Assembly (NCBI GenBank): GCA_947630865.1
Contig: CANRJE010000003.1
Coordinates: forward strand, 1-32,564
DNA length: 32,564 bases
Reading direction: 5' to 3'
DNA from: an uncultured Bacilli bacterium
GTDB taxonomy: Bacteria > Bacillota_I > Bacilli_A > RF39 > UBA660
Shown: positions 17,954 through 26,842 of the stretch, piece after piece
Numbering within the stretch: position 1 is the stretch's first letter
How the letters are laid out: every line of letters begins with the position of its first letter
The notes under the pieces: generated by a model
The model's database searches: none
Told to the model about the DNA's origin: nothing
Seen by the model: the letters and a program-made list of their open reading frames with translations, nothing else
Position numbers and translations under genes: made by a program

Positions 17954-19708
17954 CTAAATATTTTCTTCTAAATATTTCTTTAATTCAATCGAAACATCGT
18001 TTGGTAAAATTTCACTTAATTCTTCAATACTTGCTTCTTTTATTTTTTTAAGTGACGAAAACTTTTTTAATAATTCTTTACGTCTTTTTTCACCAATTCC
18101 AGGAACCATTTCTAAAACACTTGCTAATGTTCCTTTATTTTTAATATGTCTATGATAAGTAATAGCAAACCTATGTACTTCTTCTTGAATACGTGATAAA
18201 AATAAGAATAAATGACCATGTCTATCCATTTCAATTTCTGTTAAATCTGATAAAATAATGGTATTTGTTTTATGTTTATCATTTTTTTTAAGACCAATAA
18301 CATTGATATCTAAATTTAAATCTTTAATAATTCTAACAGCAACACTTACTTGTGTTTCCCCACCATCAATTACAATTAAATCAGGCTTTTTTAAATTTTC
18401 CATTAAAACTTTATAATAACGTCTATAAATAACTTCTTCCATAGCTTTTAAATCATCTTTAACAGAAACATCTATTTTATACTTTCTATATTCATTTTTA
18501 AGAGGTATAAAGTCTTCAAAGACAACCATTCCTCCAACATAATAAGTTCCAAATAAATGCGAGTTATCAAAAGATTCAATTCGATTAACTTTAGAACCTA
18601 CTATTCCCTCTAATTCATGAATAGCCTCTCTCCGAATCTTTTCATCTTGATTTAATATTTTAATTTCTTCTTCTAGAGCAATTACAGCATTTTCATAAGC
18701 TAAATCAAGTAATTTTTTCATATCTCCTTTTTGAGGAGTACGAACTTTAATACCTAAATAATTACTTAAAATTTCTTTATCTAAATCATTTGGTACTAAT
18801 ATTTCCTTTGGTAATATTTCTTTATCATAAAATCTAATAATATACTCTAACATTGTTTCTTCAGGATTTTCTAAATAATTAATAATTTTTTTACTTCGTC
18901 CAAAAAGAGTTCCGGATCTAATAAAGAAAACTTGAATTGATAAATAATTTTCTTCAACATAATAATTAAATAAATCTAAATTTATTTCTTTATTCAAAAC
19001 AATTGTTTGATTTTTTAAGGTAATCTTTATATCTTCTATCATTTGTTTATATTCTAAAGCTTTTTCATAATTCATTTTAAGACTTGCATCTTGCATATTA
19101 TCTTCAAGTTTCTTTAAAATAAAACTAGCATCTCCATTTAAAAAAGCTGTTATTTCTTTTCGCATAATTTCAAGTTTTTCTTCATCAACTTCGTTTTTAC
19201 AATAACCAAGACATTCTCCAAGATGATAATATAAGCAATAGTCTTTCTTTAAAACTTCACATTTTCTTAACGGATAAATTCTATTTAACATAAGAACTGT
19301 TCTTCTAGCACTTCCAACATTAGGAAATGGTCCATATAAATTATTTTTATTTTTTTTCTTTTTAACATTTCTAACTACTTTTAAAAGAGGATATTTATCT
19401 TTAGTAAATTCAATATATGGATAACTTTTATCATCTTTTAGAAGGATATTATATTTGGGATTATATTTTTTAATTAAAGTAATTTCAAGGATTAAACTTT
19501 CAAGTTCGCTTTTAGTAACAATATATTCAAAATCATTTATTTCTGATACTAATTTTTTTGTTTTTCCAGTTACTCGTCCTGTAAAATAACTTTTAAGTCT
19601 TTTTTTTAAGTCTTTAGCTTTTCCAACATAAATAATGATTCCATCTTTATCTTTCATTTGATAACTTCCAGGTAAATTAGGAACTAAAGCTAATTTCTCC
19701 TTGAACAT
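17954..19708 (-). CDS. uvrC: Excinuclease ABC subunit C
   Basis: GIY-YIG IIYVGKAKDLKKRLKSYF, PKYNILLKDDKSYPY, RIESFDNSH, IDGG, EEVHRFAI, HhH VPGIGEKRR. Confidence 0.98.
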   Translation of the reverse strand: MFKEKLALVPNLPGSYQMKDKDGIIIYVGKAKDLKKRLKSYFTGRVTGKTKKLVSEINDFEYIVTKSELESLILEITLIKKYNPKYNILLKDDKSYPYIEFTKDKYPLLKVVRNVKKKKNKNNLYGPFPNVGSARRTVLMLNRIYPLRKCEVLKKDYCLYYHLGECLGYCKNEVDEEKLEIMRKEITAFLNGDASFILKKLEDNMQDASLKMNYEKALEYKQMIEDIKITLKNQTIVLNKEINLDLFNYYVEENYLSIQVFFIRSGTLFGRSKKIINYLENPEETMLEYIIRFYDKEILPKEILVPNDLDKEILSNYLGIKVRTPQKGDMKKLLDLAYENAVIALEEEIKILNQDEKIRREAIHELEGIVGSKVNRIESFDNSHLFGTYYVGGMVVFEDFIPLKNEYRKYKIDVSVKDDLKAMEEVIYRRYYKVLMENLKKPDLIVIDGGETQVSVAVRIIKDLNLDINVIGLKKNDKHKTNTIILSDLTEIEMDRHGHLFLFLSRIQEEVHRFAITYHRHIKNKGTLASVLEMVPGIGEKRRKELLKKFSSLKKIKEASIEELSEILPNDVSIELKKYLEENI

Positions 19709-19727
19709 AATATCTCCCTCCTCTCTT

Positions 19728-19756
19728 ATTATATAAAATTATTTAGGTAATTGCAA
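19728..19756 (-). promoter_or_regulatory. Sigma-A promoter of uvrC-yqeG-yqeH
   Basis: TTGCAA (19751-19756) - 17 bp - TATAAT (19728-19733). Confidence 0.7.
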
Positions 19757-19791
19757 AAGAAAATCACCTAATCCAAAATGAATTAAGTGAT
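19757..19791 (-). terminator. Intrinsic terminator after gmk
   Basis: Minus-strand ATCACTTAATTC-ATTTT-GGATTAGGTGAT stem (two G-U pairs) followed by TTTCTTTT. Confidence 0.7.
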
Positions 19792-19817
19792 GCTCATAAA
19801 CTTTTATATACTAATGA

Positions 19818-20417
19818 TTATTTTAAACAAGGAGTTTTTTCACCATATTGATTTTCAAGAATTTCATATATTTCCATAGCTGATTCACGAACTTTATTAT
19901 CTTCATTCACAATTTTATGTGGATAAATTGTAGATGCTGCTACTTCTTTACGAGCTGTTGCAAGTCGTGATTGAATTTTCTCTTCTGTTTCTGTTCCTCT
20001 TCCTCTTAAACGGTTTTCAAGAGTTTCAAAATCAACTGTTATAAAAAACCCAATTGTATTATTAGGATATTTATTTAAAACTTGTTTAAATCCATTGATA
20101 TCAATATCAAGTAAAACATCATAACCATTTTCTAAATGTTCTTTAACTGGCATAAGTGGTGTACCATATAATTGTCTATTACCAGAATAATCATTACTTT
20201 CAAGATAATTACCATTTTCATAATTTTTCTTAAATTCATCTTGTGTTATAAAATTGTAATGCACATGGTCGATTTCACCAGAACGAGGAGCTCTAGTGGT
20301 ATCAGATACTGATAAAAATATCTTTTTACCTTCCTCACCATAAATTTTTATTAATTCTTCGATTACTTTACCTTTTCCAACTCCACTTGGTCCAGATACT
20401 ACAATTAATTTTCCCAT
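19818..20417 (-). CDS. gmk: Guanylate kinase
   Basis: SGPSGVGKG, SVSDTTRAPRSGE, YGTP, RLRGRGTETEEKIQSRL. Confidence 0.96.
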   Translation of the reverse strand: MGKLIVVSGPSGVGKGKVIEELIKIYGEEGKKIFLSVSDTTRAPRSGEIDHVHYNFITQDEFKKNYENGNYLESNDYSGNRQLYGTPLMPVKEHLENGYDVLLDIDINGFKQVLNKYPNNTIGFFITVDFETLENRLRGRGTETEEKIQSRLATARKEVAASTIYPHKIVNEDNKVRESAMEIYEILENQYGEKTPCLK

Positions 20418-20418
20418 T

Positions 20419-20673
20419 TTAACCTCTCAAATTTAATTTTACAATTGTACATCCTGGATTCATAAAATCTCTTTTAAAGAGAGCAACATTTTTATCATGT
20501 TTTAAATAATTATGAATTGCTTCTCTTAAAATATCTTTTCCAATTCCATGAATTATACAAACATATTCATTTTTAAGTGTAATATTATCATTAATAAACT
20601 CTTTTGTCAAGATAATAGCACTTTCTTTATACTCACCATGCAAGTCAATTGTTGGTATATTACTGCTTATCAT
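20419..20673 (-). CDS. Stand-alone Smr-domain protein
   Basis: IDLHG...IIHGIGKDILR...G.TIV matches the MutS2 C-terminal Smr pattern. Confidence 0.88.
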   Translation of the reverse strand: MISSNIPTIDLHGEYKESAIILTKEFINDNITLKNEYVCIIHGIGKDILREAIHNYLKHDKNVALFKRDFMNPGCTIVKLNLRG

Positions 20674-21565
20674 ATTCTAAAACTTCCTTTAAATCAGGAA
20701 TTGAGTATCTCCCCCCTATTCTTTCTACAGATATAGCTGAAGTGATGTTTGCAAGTCTCATAGCTTCAAGTAATTCATAACCATGACTTAAAAAGTAAAG
20801 AAGTGCACCATGATAGATATCACCCGCTCCTGTTGAATCAAGAGCTTTAACTTTTAAACTTGGAACTAATTTATATTCATCATTGATTTTTGTAAATGAA
20901 CCATATTTTTCTAATGTCATTATCAAAATTTGGTCTTTAAAATCTTCTTTTAATTTATCATAGACAGCTTTTATACTATCTAAATCATCGTAATCTAAAT
21001 TTAATTTTGTATAATCTCTAGCAAAATCATTAGAACAAACTAAATAATCAATATTTTTAGCAAGTTCAATCGTTTCTTTAGTTGTTTTCCCAGCATCAAT
21101 CATGCTAATTGTTTTTCCTTTATTTTTTAAAATTGTTTTTAAAGAGATAGGAAGTTCATCACCATCTACTAAAATATAATCAAAGGTTTCCTCTATATCT
21201 TTAATTTTTTCAAAAGATAAATCGGGAATTTTAGATGTTAAAATCGTTCTACTTCCATTACCTTTATTAGCAATTATATAACTTGAAGTTGTTGCTTTTG
21301 AGGGATTTACTTCTAAATAAGTAATATCAACTCCAACTTCTAAAAATTCATCTTTAATTTTTTTACCATAATAATCATCACCAATAATACCAGCAAATGA
21401 AGTTTTAACACCCCATTTTGCAAGTAAATAAGCAGCAGTTGCTGCAGGTCCTCCTCCACATTCAACCTTTTTATCTTTAAGTCTTAACTTTTTATTTTCA
21501 ATTGGGAAACTTTCAACTGGTAATGTAATATCATAAGCAGCATGTCCTATACAAAGTATTTTCAT
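20660..21565 (-). CDS. PfkB-family carbohydrate kinase
   Basis: GGGPAATAAYLLAKWG, GIIGDDYYG, DSTGAGDIYHG. Confidence 0.93.
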   Translation of the reverse strand: MKILCIGHAAYDITLPVESFPIENKKLRLKDKKVECGGGPAATAAYLLAKWGVKTSFAGIIGDDYYGKKIKDEFLEVGVDITYLEVNPSKATTSSYIIANKGNGSRTILTSKIPDLSFEKIKDIEETFDYILVDGDELPISLKTILKNKGKTISMIDAGKTTKETIELAKNIDYLVCSNDFARDYTKLNLDYDDLDSIKAVYDKLKEDFKDQILIMTLEKYGSFTKINDEYKLVPSLKVKALDSTGAGDIYHGALLYFLSHGYELLEAMRLANITSAISVERIGGRYSIPDLKEVLEYDKQ

Positions 21566-22006
21566 TTATGCCTCCTTTTCTAATATAATTGTAATTGGCC
21601 CATCATTAATCAATTCAACTTCCATTTCTGAACCAAATATTCCCGTTTCAGTAGGTACTAATTTTCCTAATTTTTCATTAAACATATCATATAACTTTGA
21701 AGCTTTTTCTCCATTTAAAGCTTTGATATAACTAGGACGATTACCTTTTTTAGCATCACCATATAAAGTAAATTGAGAAATTGATAGAATATTTCCTTTA
21801 ATATCTAAAATACTCTTATTCATAACTCCATTATCATCATCCATAATCCTCAAATTACAAATTTTATTCACCATATAGTCAATAACTTTTTCATTATCTC
21901 CTTCTGTAAAAGATACTAGTAGCATATAACCATAATCTGATTTACCAACTATTTTACCATTTATCTTAACACTTGATTTTTTAACTCTTTGAACAACTAC
22001 TCTCAT
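21566..22006 (-). CDS. dtd: D-aminoacyl-tRNA deacylase
   Basis: MRVVVQRV, SQFTL, KGNRPS, NDGPIT. Canonical rel-dtd linkage (ATGA overlap). Confidence 0.97.
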   Translation of the reverse strand: MRVVVQRVKKSSVKINGKIVGKSDYGYMLLVSFTEGDNEKVIDYMVNKICNLRIMDDDNGVMNKSILDIKGNILSISQFTLYGDAKKGNRPSYIKALNGEKASKLYDMFNEKLGKLVPTETGIFGSEMEVELINDGPITIILEKEA

Positions 22007-24105
22007 TTTATCACTCTTTCAACATCAACAACATAACTAAGTTTCATTAAATTCTTAAAAATATTTTCTAACTCTTCTTCACTTTTAATATAAAAAGTTA
22101 ATACATAATTATATTTTAATTCAACAATATTCGTAACTACTTTATTAACAACTATTGAAGAACTAGTTAATTTATTAATAATATCTCCTAAATTACTTTC
22201 ATTACTATTTGTATAAATTCTAATTTTGGTTAAATAATTATTTCGTGTTTTATCTTGCCATAAAACATCAATTAATCTGTTATCTAAATTAGAAACATTC
22301 ATACACTCTTTTCTATGAATTGTAATTCCATTGTTCTTAGTAATATAACCTATTACTTCATCACCTGGAATAGGAAGACAACAAGAAGCAATATTAACTT
22401 TAATGTTATCAATTCCTGAAACTTTAAGGTCTGCATTTCCTTTAACAATAATTTCTTTCTTTATTGAAGTTTCTTTTAAGTTTGGATAAACTATTTCTAC
22501 AATTGATTTTGGAGAATATTTATTGTTACCAATATTTAAATATACTTCTTCTATATCCTTACACTTTAATTCTTTAAGTATTTTTTTCGTATTTTCTACA
22601 TTCAATAATTCCTTTTTAGGAATATGTTTCTTTCTTAAATAACTATCTAATGAATCCTCTCCATATTTAATAACTTCTTCTTTTCTTTCTTTTTGAAAGT
22701 AAGCTTTAATTTTATTCTTGGTCTGAGTCATTTTAGCAATTTTTAACCATGATAGTTTAGGTCCTTTAGATGATTTACTAGTATTAATTTTTACAACATC
22801 ATTATCTTCTAAAACATAGTTTAAGGGAACTAAAACATTATTAACAACCGCTCCAACCATTTCTTCTCCAACTTTTGTATGAACTTTATAAGCAAAATCA
22901 ATTGGAGTTGCTCCATTTGGAAGTTCAAAAACATCACCTTTTGGAGTAAACACATAAATGTTACCATGCATCTTTTCATCTTTTATTTCATCATATAAGG
23001 TATTAGTATCAATTTTATTTTGATAATTATCAATAACTGTTTTAAAAAACTCTAACTTTTGGTCAGTTGATGATAAATTATCAGCTTTCCTATTTTCTTT
23101 ATAAGACCAATGAGCAGCCAGTCCATTTTCTGCTACTTCATTCATCAGAAATGTCCGAATTTGAATTTCAAAAAGCATGTTGTCAACTCCAAAAACGGTT
23201 GTATGAAGTGAACGATAACCATTACTCTTAGGCATTGCTATAAAATCTTTAAATCTTTTAGGAATAGGTCTAAACTTTGAATGAATAAGACCTAAAACCA
23301 AATAACAAGATGCCTCATCTTCAACCATTATTCTTAAAGCAAATAAATCATAGATATCATTGAATTTTCTACCTTTATCAAGTTTATTATAAATACTATA
23401 AACACTTTTACTACGTCCTTTTATTTCATATTGTATTTCATGACTATCCAAAATTTCTTTTACAGCAACCGTCATCTTTTCAATTAAATTATCACGTTCT
23501 TTTTTTGTACTATTTAATTTCTCAAGAATATCATTATAAACATCTGGTTTCAATACTTTTAAAGATAAATCTTCTAATTCACTTTTTAATTTATAAATTC
23601 CTAAATGATGAGCAATAGGTGCTACAATTTCCAAAGATTCTTTGGCTATTTTTTTAGCTTCTTCACGTTTATACTCATCAATATTACGCATTAAAGTTAC
23701 TCGACTAGCTAAATTAATCATAATAACTCTAACATCTTCTGTCATTCCAACAATAACTTTTTTATAATATTCAATTAAATACTCATTTTCTGTTGAATAA
23801 ATTATTTTATCTAATTTATAAGAACCATTAGCAATTTTTATAACGGAAGATGGAAATTTTTCACTTAATTCTTTATCACTCACCTTCTCATAAGTTAATA
23901 ATTTATATAAAAGACAAGCTGTAATTGTTTCAATATCAGCATAAACCGTTGTTAAAACAAAACAAGTTTCCATTATTTTTTCTACTTCTTTTTTATTTAG
24001 ATAATCTAATATATAATTATATGCTGAAGTTATTAAAGAGGTATCTTCCCCTAAATATTCTACTTTCTTAATAAGTTTTGAAATTGTGTGTTCTTCTTTT
24101 TCCAT
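22003..24105 (-). CDS. rel: Long RelA/SpoT homolog, (p)ppGpp synthetase with a degenerate HD hydrolase domain (700 aa)
   Basis: Start ATG 24105 (AGGAG at 24110-24114). Synthetase motifs GRSKSVYS, DLFALRI, RFKD, YRSLHT, EIQIRT, AAHWSYK; TGS VFTPKG...TPIDFAY; CC.PIPGD; ACT-like end. The HD position reads LLYK. Confidence 0.93.
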   Translation of the reverse strand: MEKEEHTISKLIKKVEYLGEDTSLITSAYNYILDYLNKKEVEKIMETCFVLTTVYADIETITACLLYKLLTYEKVSDKELSEKFPSSVIKIANGSYKLDKIIYSTENEYLIEYYKKVIVGMTEDVRVIMINLASRVTLMRNIDEYKREEAKKIAKESLEIVAPIAHHLGIYKLKSELEDLSLKVLKPDVYNDILEKLNSTKKERDNLIEKMTVAVKEILDSHEIQYEIKGRSKSVYSIYNKLDKGRKFNDIYDLFALRIMVEDEASCYLVLGLIHSKFRPIPKRFKDFIAMPKSNGYRSLHTTVFGVDNMLFEIQIRTFLMNEVAENGLAAHWSYKENRKADNLSSTDQKLEFFKTVIDNYQNKIDTNTLYDEIKDEKMHGNIYVFTPKGDVFELPNGATPIDFAYKVHTKVGEEMVGAVVNNVLVPLNYVLEDNDVVKINTSKSSKGPKLSWLKIAKMTQTKNKIKAYFQKERKEEVIKYGEDSLDSYLRKKHIPKKELLNVENTKKILKELKCKDIEEVYLNIGNNKYSPKSIVEIVYPNLKETSIKKEIIVKGNADLKVSGIDNIKVNIASCCLPIPGDEVIGYITKNNGITIHRKECMNVSNLDNRLIDVLWQDKTRNNYLTKIRIYTNSNESNLGDIINKLTSSSIVVNKVVTNIVELKYNYVLTFYIKSEEELENIFKNLMKLSYVVDVERVIK

Positions 24106-24135
24106 AATTCTCCTATTCACTTTAATTATAACATG

Positions 24136-24169
24136 AAAAAAAGATAAAACACGAAATTTTTATCTTTTT
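24136..24169 (-). terminator. Possible AT-rich terminator upstream of rel, overlapping an extended -10 (TGTTATAAT, 24125-24133)
   Basis: AAAAAGATAAAA...TTTTATCTTTTT inverted repeat. Confidence 0.4.
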
Positions 24170-24173
24170 CTAT

Positions 24174-25115
24174 CTATTTATTTAAATTAATTATTCCCGT
24201 TGCAATCTTTTTAACAAACTCTTGAGGTTCATTTACAACTTTATTTACATTTTCTTGATGTTTTAAAAAGTAAAGATATTCGCCTAATTTTTTTAAATTA
24301 TTAACATTATCAGGATTTAAATTTTCTCTTATAATAGAACCTATTTCTCTAATCTTATCTTCAATATTAAAAGGATAATGTGTATCTATTTCCATATCTT
24401 CAAAATAACCATAAGGTTTTAAAGTTTTACTATCCGGTATACCATTAACTTTAATCTCACCATCTTGATAATAATAACCAAAATCATTAGCAATCTTTAT
24501 ACCACCATATACTTCTAAAATAAAAGTCATAATATTTAGCTTAATATCTAAACTAGGGTCCAATGGATCTAAATTTTTACCATAAAATAATTTATAAATA
24601 TAAACAATTCTCTTTATTTCTCTTGATAAATTTGCTTCATCATAATCCTTTAACCAAGTATAATTTATTCTACTAGCATCACTTAAATTAATACTTTGTC
24701 CTTCAATTTTAAATCCTCTTCGAACATCAAGATTAATTTTATAACGTGTATTAACTTCTAAAAAATTCTCTTCTTTATATATTATTAAAGCATTATTTTT
24801 AAATCCAACATAAAGACTTTCTCCTGAATCTTTTTTAAATCCAAATTTAACTCGATAATTATCAAAATTACGAAAATAATATCTAACAGTTGTTAAAAAC
24901 TCTTTAAATTCATCTAAACTTTCTATATCTGGCATTAACATGTCAAGAATGTTAAATACTTTTTCAATATTAATCCCCCTAGTTTTTTCTCCTTCAGCAA
25001 TAAAAAGCATTTTATAATCTTTTCCTTGATATTCTCTTGTAAATTTCATATAACTATCATCAATATCACTATCTAAACTACTTAAAAAATTTTCCCTATT
25101 TAATTCTTTTAACAT
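24174..25115 (-). CDS. Hypothetical protein; C-terminal half weakly resembles YwgA/SocA(Panacea)-like domains
   Basis: 313-aa ORF with AAGGAG RBS and its own promoter TTGACT (25161-25166) - 16 bp - TAAAAT (25139-25144). Family resemblance is by eye only. Confidence 0.55.
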   Translation of the reverse strand: MLKELNRENFLSSLDSDIDDSYMKFTREYQGKDYKMLFIAEGEKTRGINIEKVFNILDMLMPDIESLDEFKEFLTTVRYYFRNFDNYRVKFGFKKDSGESLYVGFKNNALIIYKEENFLEVNTRYKINLDVRRGFKIEGQSINLSDASRINYTWLKDYDEANLSREIKRIVYIYKLFYGKNLDPLDPSLDIKLNIMTFILEVYGGIKIANDFGYYYQDGEIKVNGIPDSKTLKPYGYFEDMEIDTHYPFNIEDKIREIGSIIRENLNPDNVNNLKKLGEYLYFLKHQENVNKVVNEPQEFVKKIATGIINLNK

Positions 25116-25162
25116 AAGTATCTCCTTTTTGACTTAATATTTTAACACTTTTTTCTAAATAG

Positions 25163-25627
25163 TCAATCTGTTTTTAGTTCTTCAAGTTCTAATAAATATT
25201 TTTTAATGTCAAGACCTAAAGCATATCCTCCCAATTTATTGTTTTTATTAATTACCCGATGACAAGGTATAAAAATTGGAATGGGATTTTTATTATTTGC
25301 ACCACCTACTGCTCTTTGAGCTTTTATATTTCCAACTCTTTTAGCTAATTCTTGATAACTTATAACTTCACCATAAGGTATCTTTAAAAGTTCTTTCCAT
25401 ACTTTCTTTTGAAAAGGTGTTCCTTTTGGATTAAGTGGAATAGTAAAGTTTTTTCGTTTACCATTCAAATATTCAACTAACTCTATATAAGCCCTCTTAA
25501 TAGTTTTAGTTTCTTTTCTTACTATCTTAATATCAGTATATTCATTAAATAATAATTTAATAATCATACCTTCTTCTTCTATAAAAGTTATTTTACCTAA
25601 CTTTGTTTCATAATCATAATAATTCAT
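25163..25627 (-). CDS. ogt: Methylated-DNA-protein-cysteine methyltransferase
   Basis: GTPFQKKVW, IPYGE, RAVGGA, active site IPCHRV. Confidence 0.96.
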   Translation of the reverse strand: MNYYDYETKLGKITFIEEEGMIIKLLFNEYTDIKIVRKETKTIKRAYIELVEYLNGKRKNFTIPLNPKGTPFQKKVWKELLKIPYGEVISYQELAKRVGNIKAQRAVGGANNKNPIPIFIPCHRVINKNNKLGGYALGLDIKKYLLELEELKTD

Positions 25628-26772
25628 TTTTTCTCTAAAAGTTTTTGTTCCTTATATTCCTTATAAATTCTTTTTTTATCATCTGGATCAAATACTTCAA
25701 TTCGATTTATATAATCAAAAACTCTATCTATTTCTCCATTACTTTTTAATTTAAAAATATAATTAGAATCATCAAATATAAATTCTCCTAAATTACCACT
25801 TTCAATATAACCAAAAGGATATATTGTTTTTAAATCCATAATAATTCGTCCATGAACTCTAGCTCTTGGATATTCTCTATTAGAGTCAAGTGTTAAAGAA
25901 AATAAGGTATCATCAGAAAGTCTTATAACCATCGAATTTTCTGGAATAGTTTCAAAAGAAATTAAATCTTTAACGAATAATGCAAAAACATCATCTTTTA
26001 GATTAGCTTTTGCAAATAAAATTTCCATAATATCTTTTTTAAATGGTAAAACTTTATTAGCATAAAAACGAAAACGATCAAAGGCTTCTAAACCTGCTTC
26101 ATCTTTTTTAATAGCATCTCTAATTGTAATACCTTCTTTTAAATGATTTTCTTCTCTCATAATACCAGTTGGATACTTAGAAATTAAATTTACTTGATAA
26201 ACATTTTCAGGACTAGCTTCAAAATTTAAAGAGTATGTTTTAGCATCATTTGCTTCAAGCTCTTTATTTTTAGGAGAAACTGTAAGTTGATAACTATAAC
26301 TAGTTCCAAAATATTTTTTTATATCAGAACTACTATCACCTTTAACAATAACTTGTTCACATGTTCTTTTATTTCTTGTACTTGAAGAAAAAGTTAAATC
26401 TAATGTACTATCTGATATTGTTAAACTTCTAACTCCTTCCCTATCATCCATAAAACCAAGTTTTACAGTATCACCTAAACTTAAATAAGTAGTAACAAGT
26501 TTATGATTATCTCCAATAACAAAAAATTCATAAGTTTCTAAATTATCATCTTTAACGTTTCTTTTATTATCATATAGTAAATTTGGTAATTTTATTTTCA
26601 TATGAGAATATACACAATCTGATTCCTTTTTCTCATCAATAAAACCAACCGTTTTTATAACATTTGTTTCATTAGAACTGGGCTCTACTATAGCATAACT
26701 ATCTTTGATTTTTATAGCTTTAAAACCAAGTAAATCAAGTAAGCGTTTTTCATAATTAGAAAATATTTCCAT
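25624..26772 (-). CDS. Hypothetical cytoplasmic protein
   Basis: 382-aa ORF with GAGGG RBS, ATGA-coupled to ogt. No recognised motif. Confidence 0.6.
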   Translation of the reverse strand: MEIFSNYEKRLLDLLGFKAIKIKDSYAIVEPSSNETNVIKTVGFIDEKKESDCVYSHMKIKLPNLLYDNKRNVKDDNLETYEFFVIGDNHKLVTTYLSLGDTVKLGFMDDREGVRSLTISDSTLDLTFSSSTRNKRTCEQVIVKGDSSSDIKKYFGTSYSYQLTVSPKNKELEANDAKTYSLNFEASPENVYQVNLISKYPTGIMREENHLKEGITIRDAIKKDEAGLEAFDRFRFYANKVLPFKKDIMEILFAKANLKDDVFALFVKDLISFETIPENSMVIRLSDDTLFSLTLDSNREYPRARVHGRIIMDLKTIYPFGYIESGNLGEFIFDDSNYIFKLKSNGEIDRVFDYINRIEVFDPDDKKRIYKEYKEQKLLEKK

Positions 26773-26842
26773 GTTATACCCTCTTTCAATCTCATATTAT
26801 ATAACAAAATTTCTAAAATGATTACACAAAAAAAAGATTTTT

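Noticed and set aside
19709-19817. SOS (LexA/Cheo) box upstream of uvrC
   Set aside because: No GAAC-N4-GTTC match found in the intergenic region.
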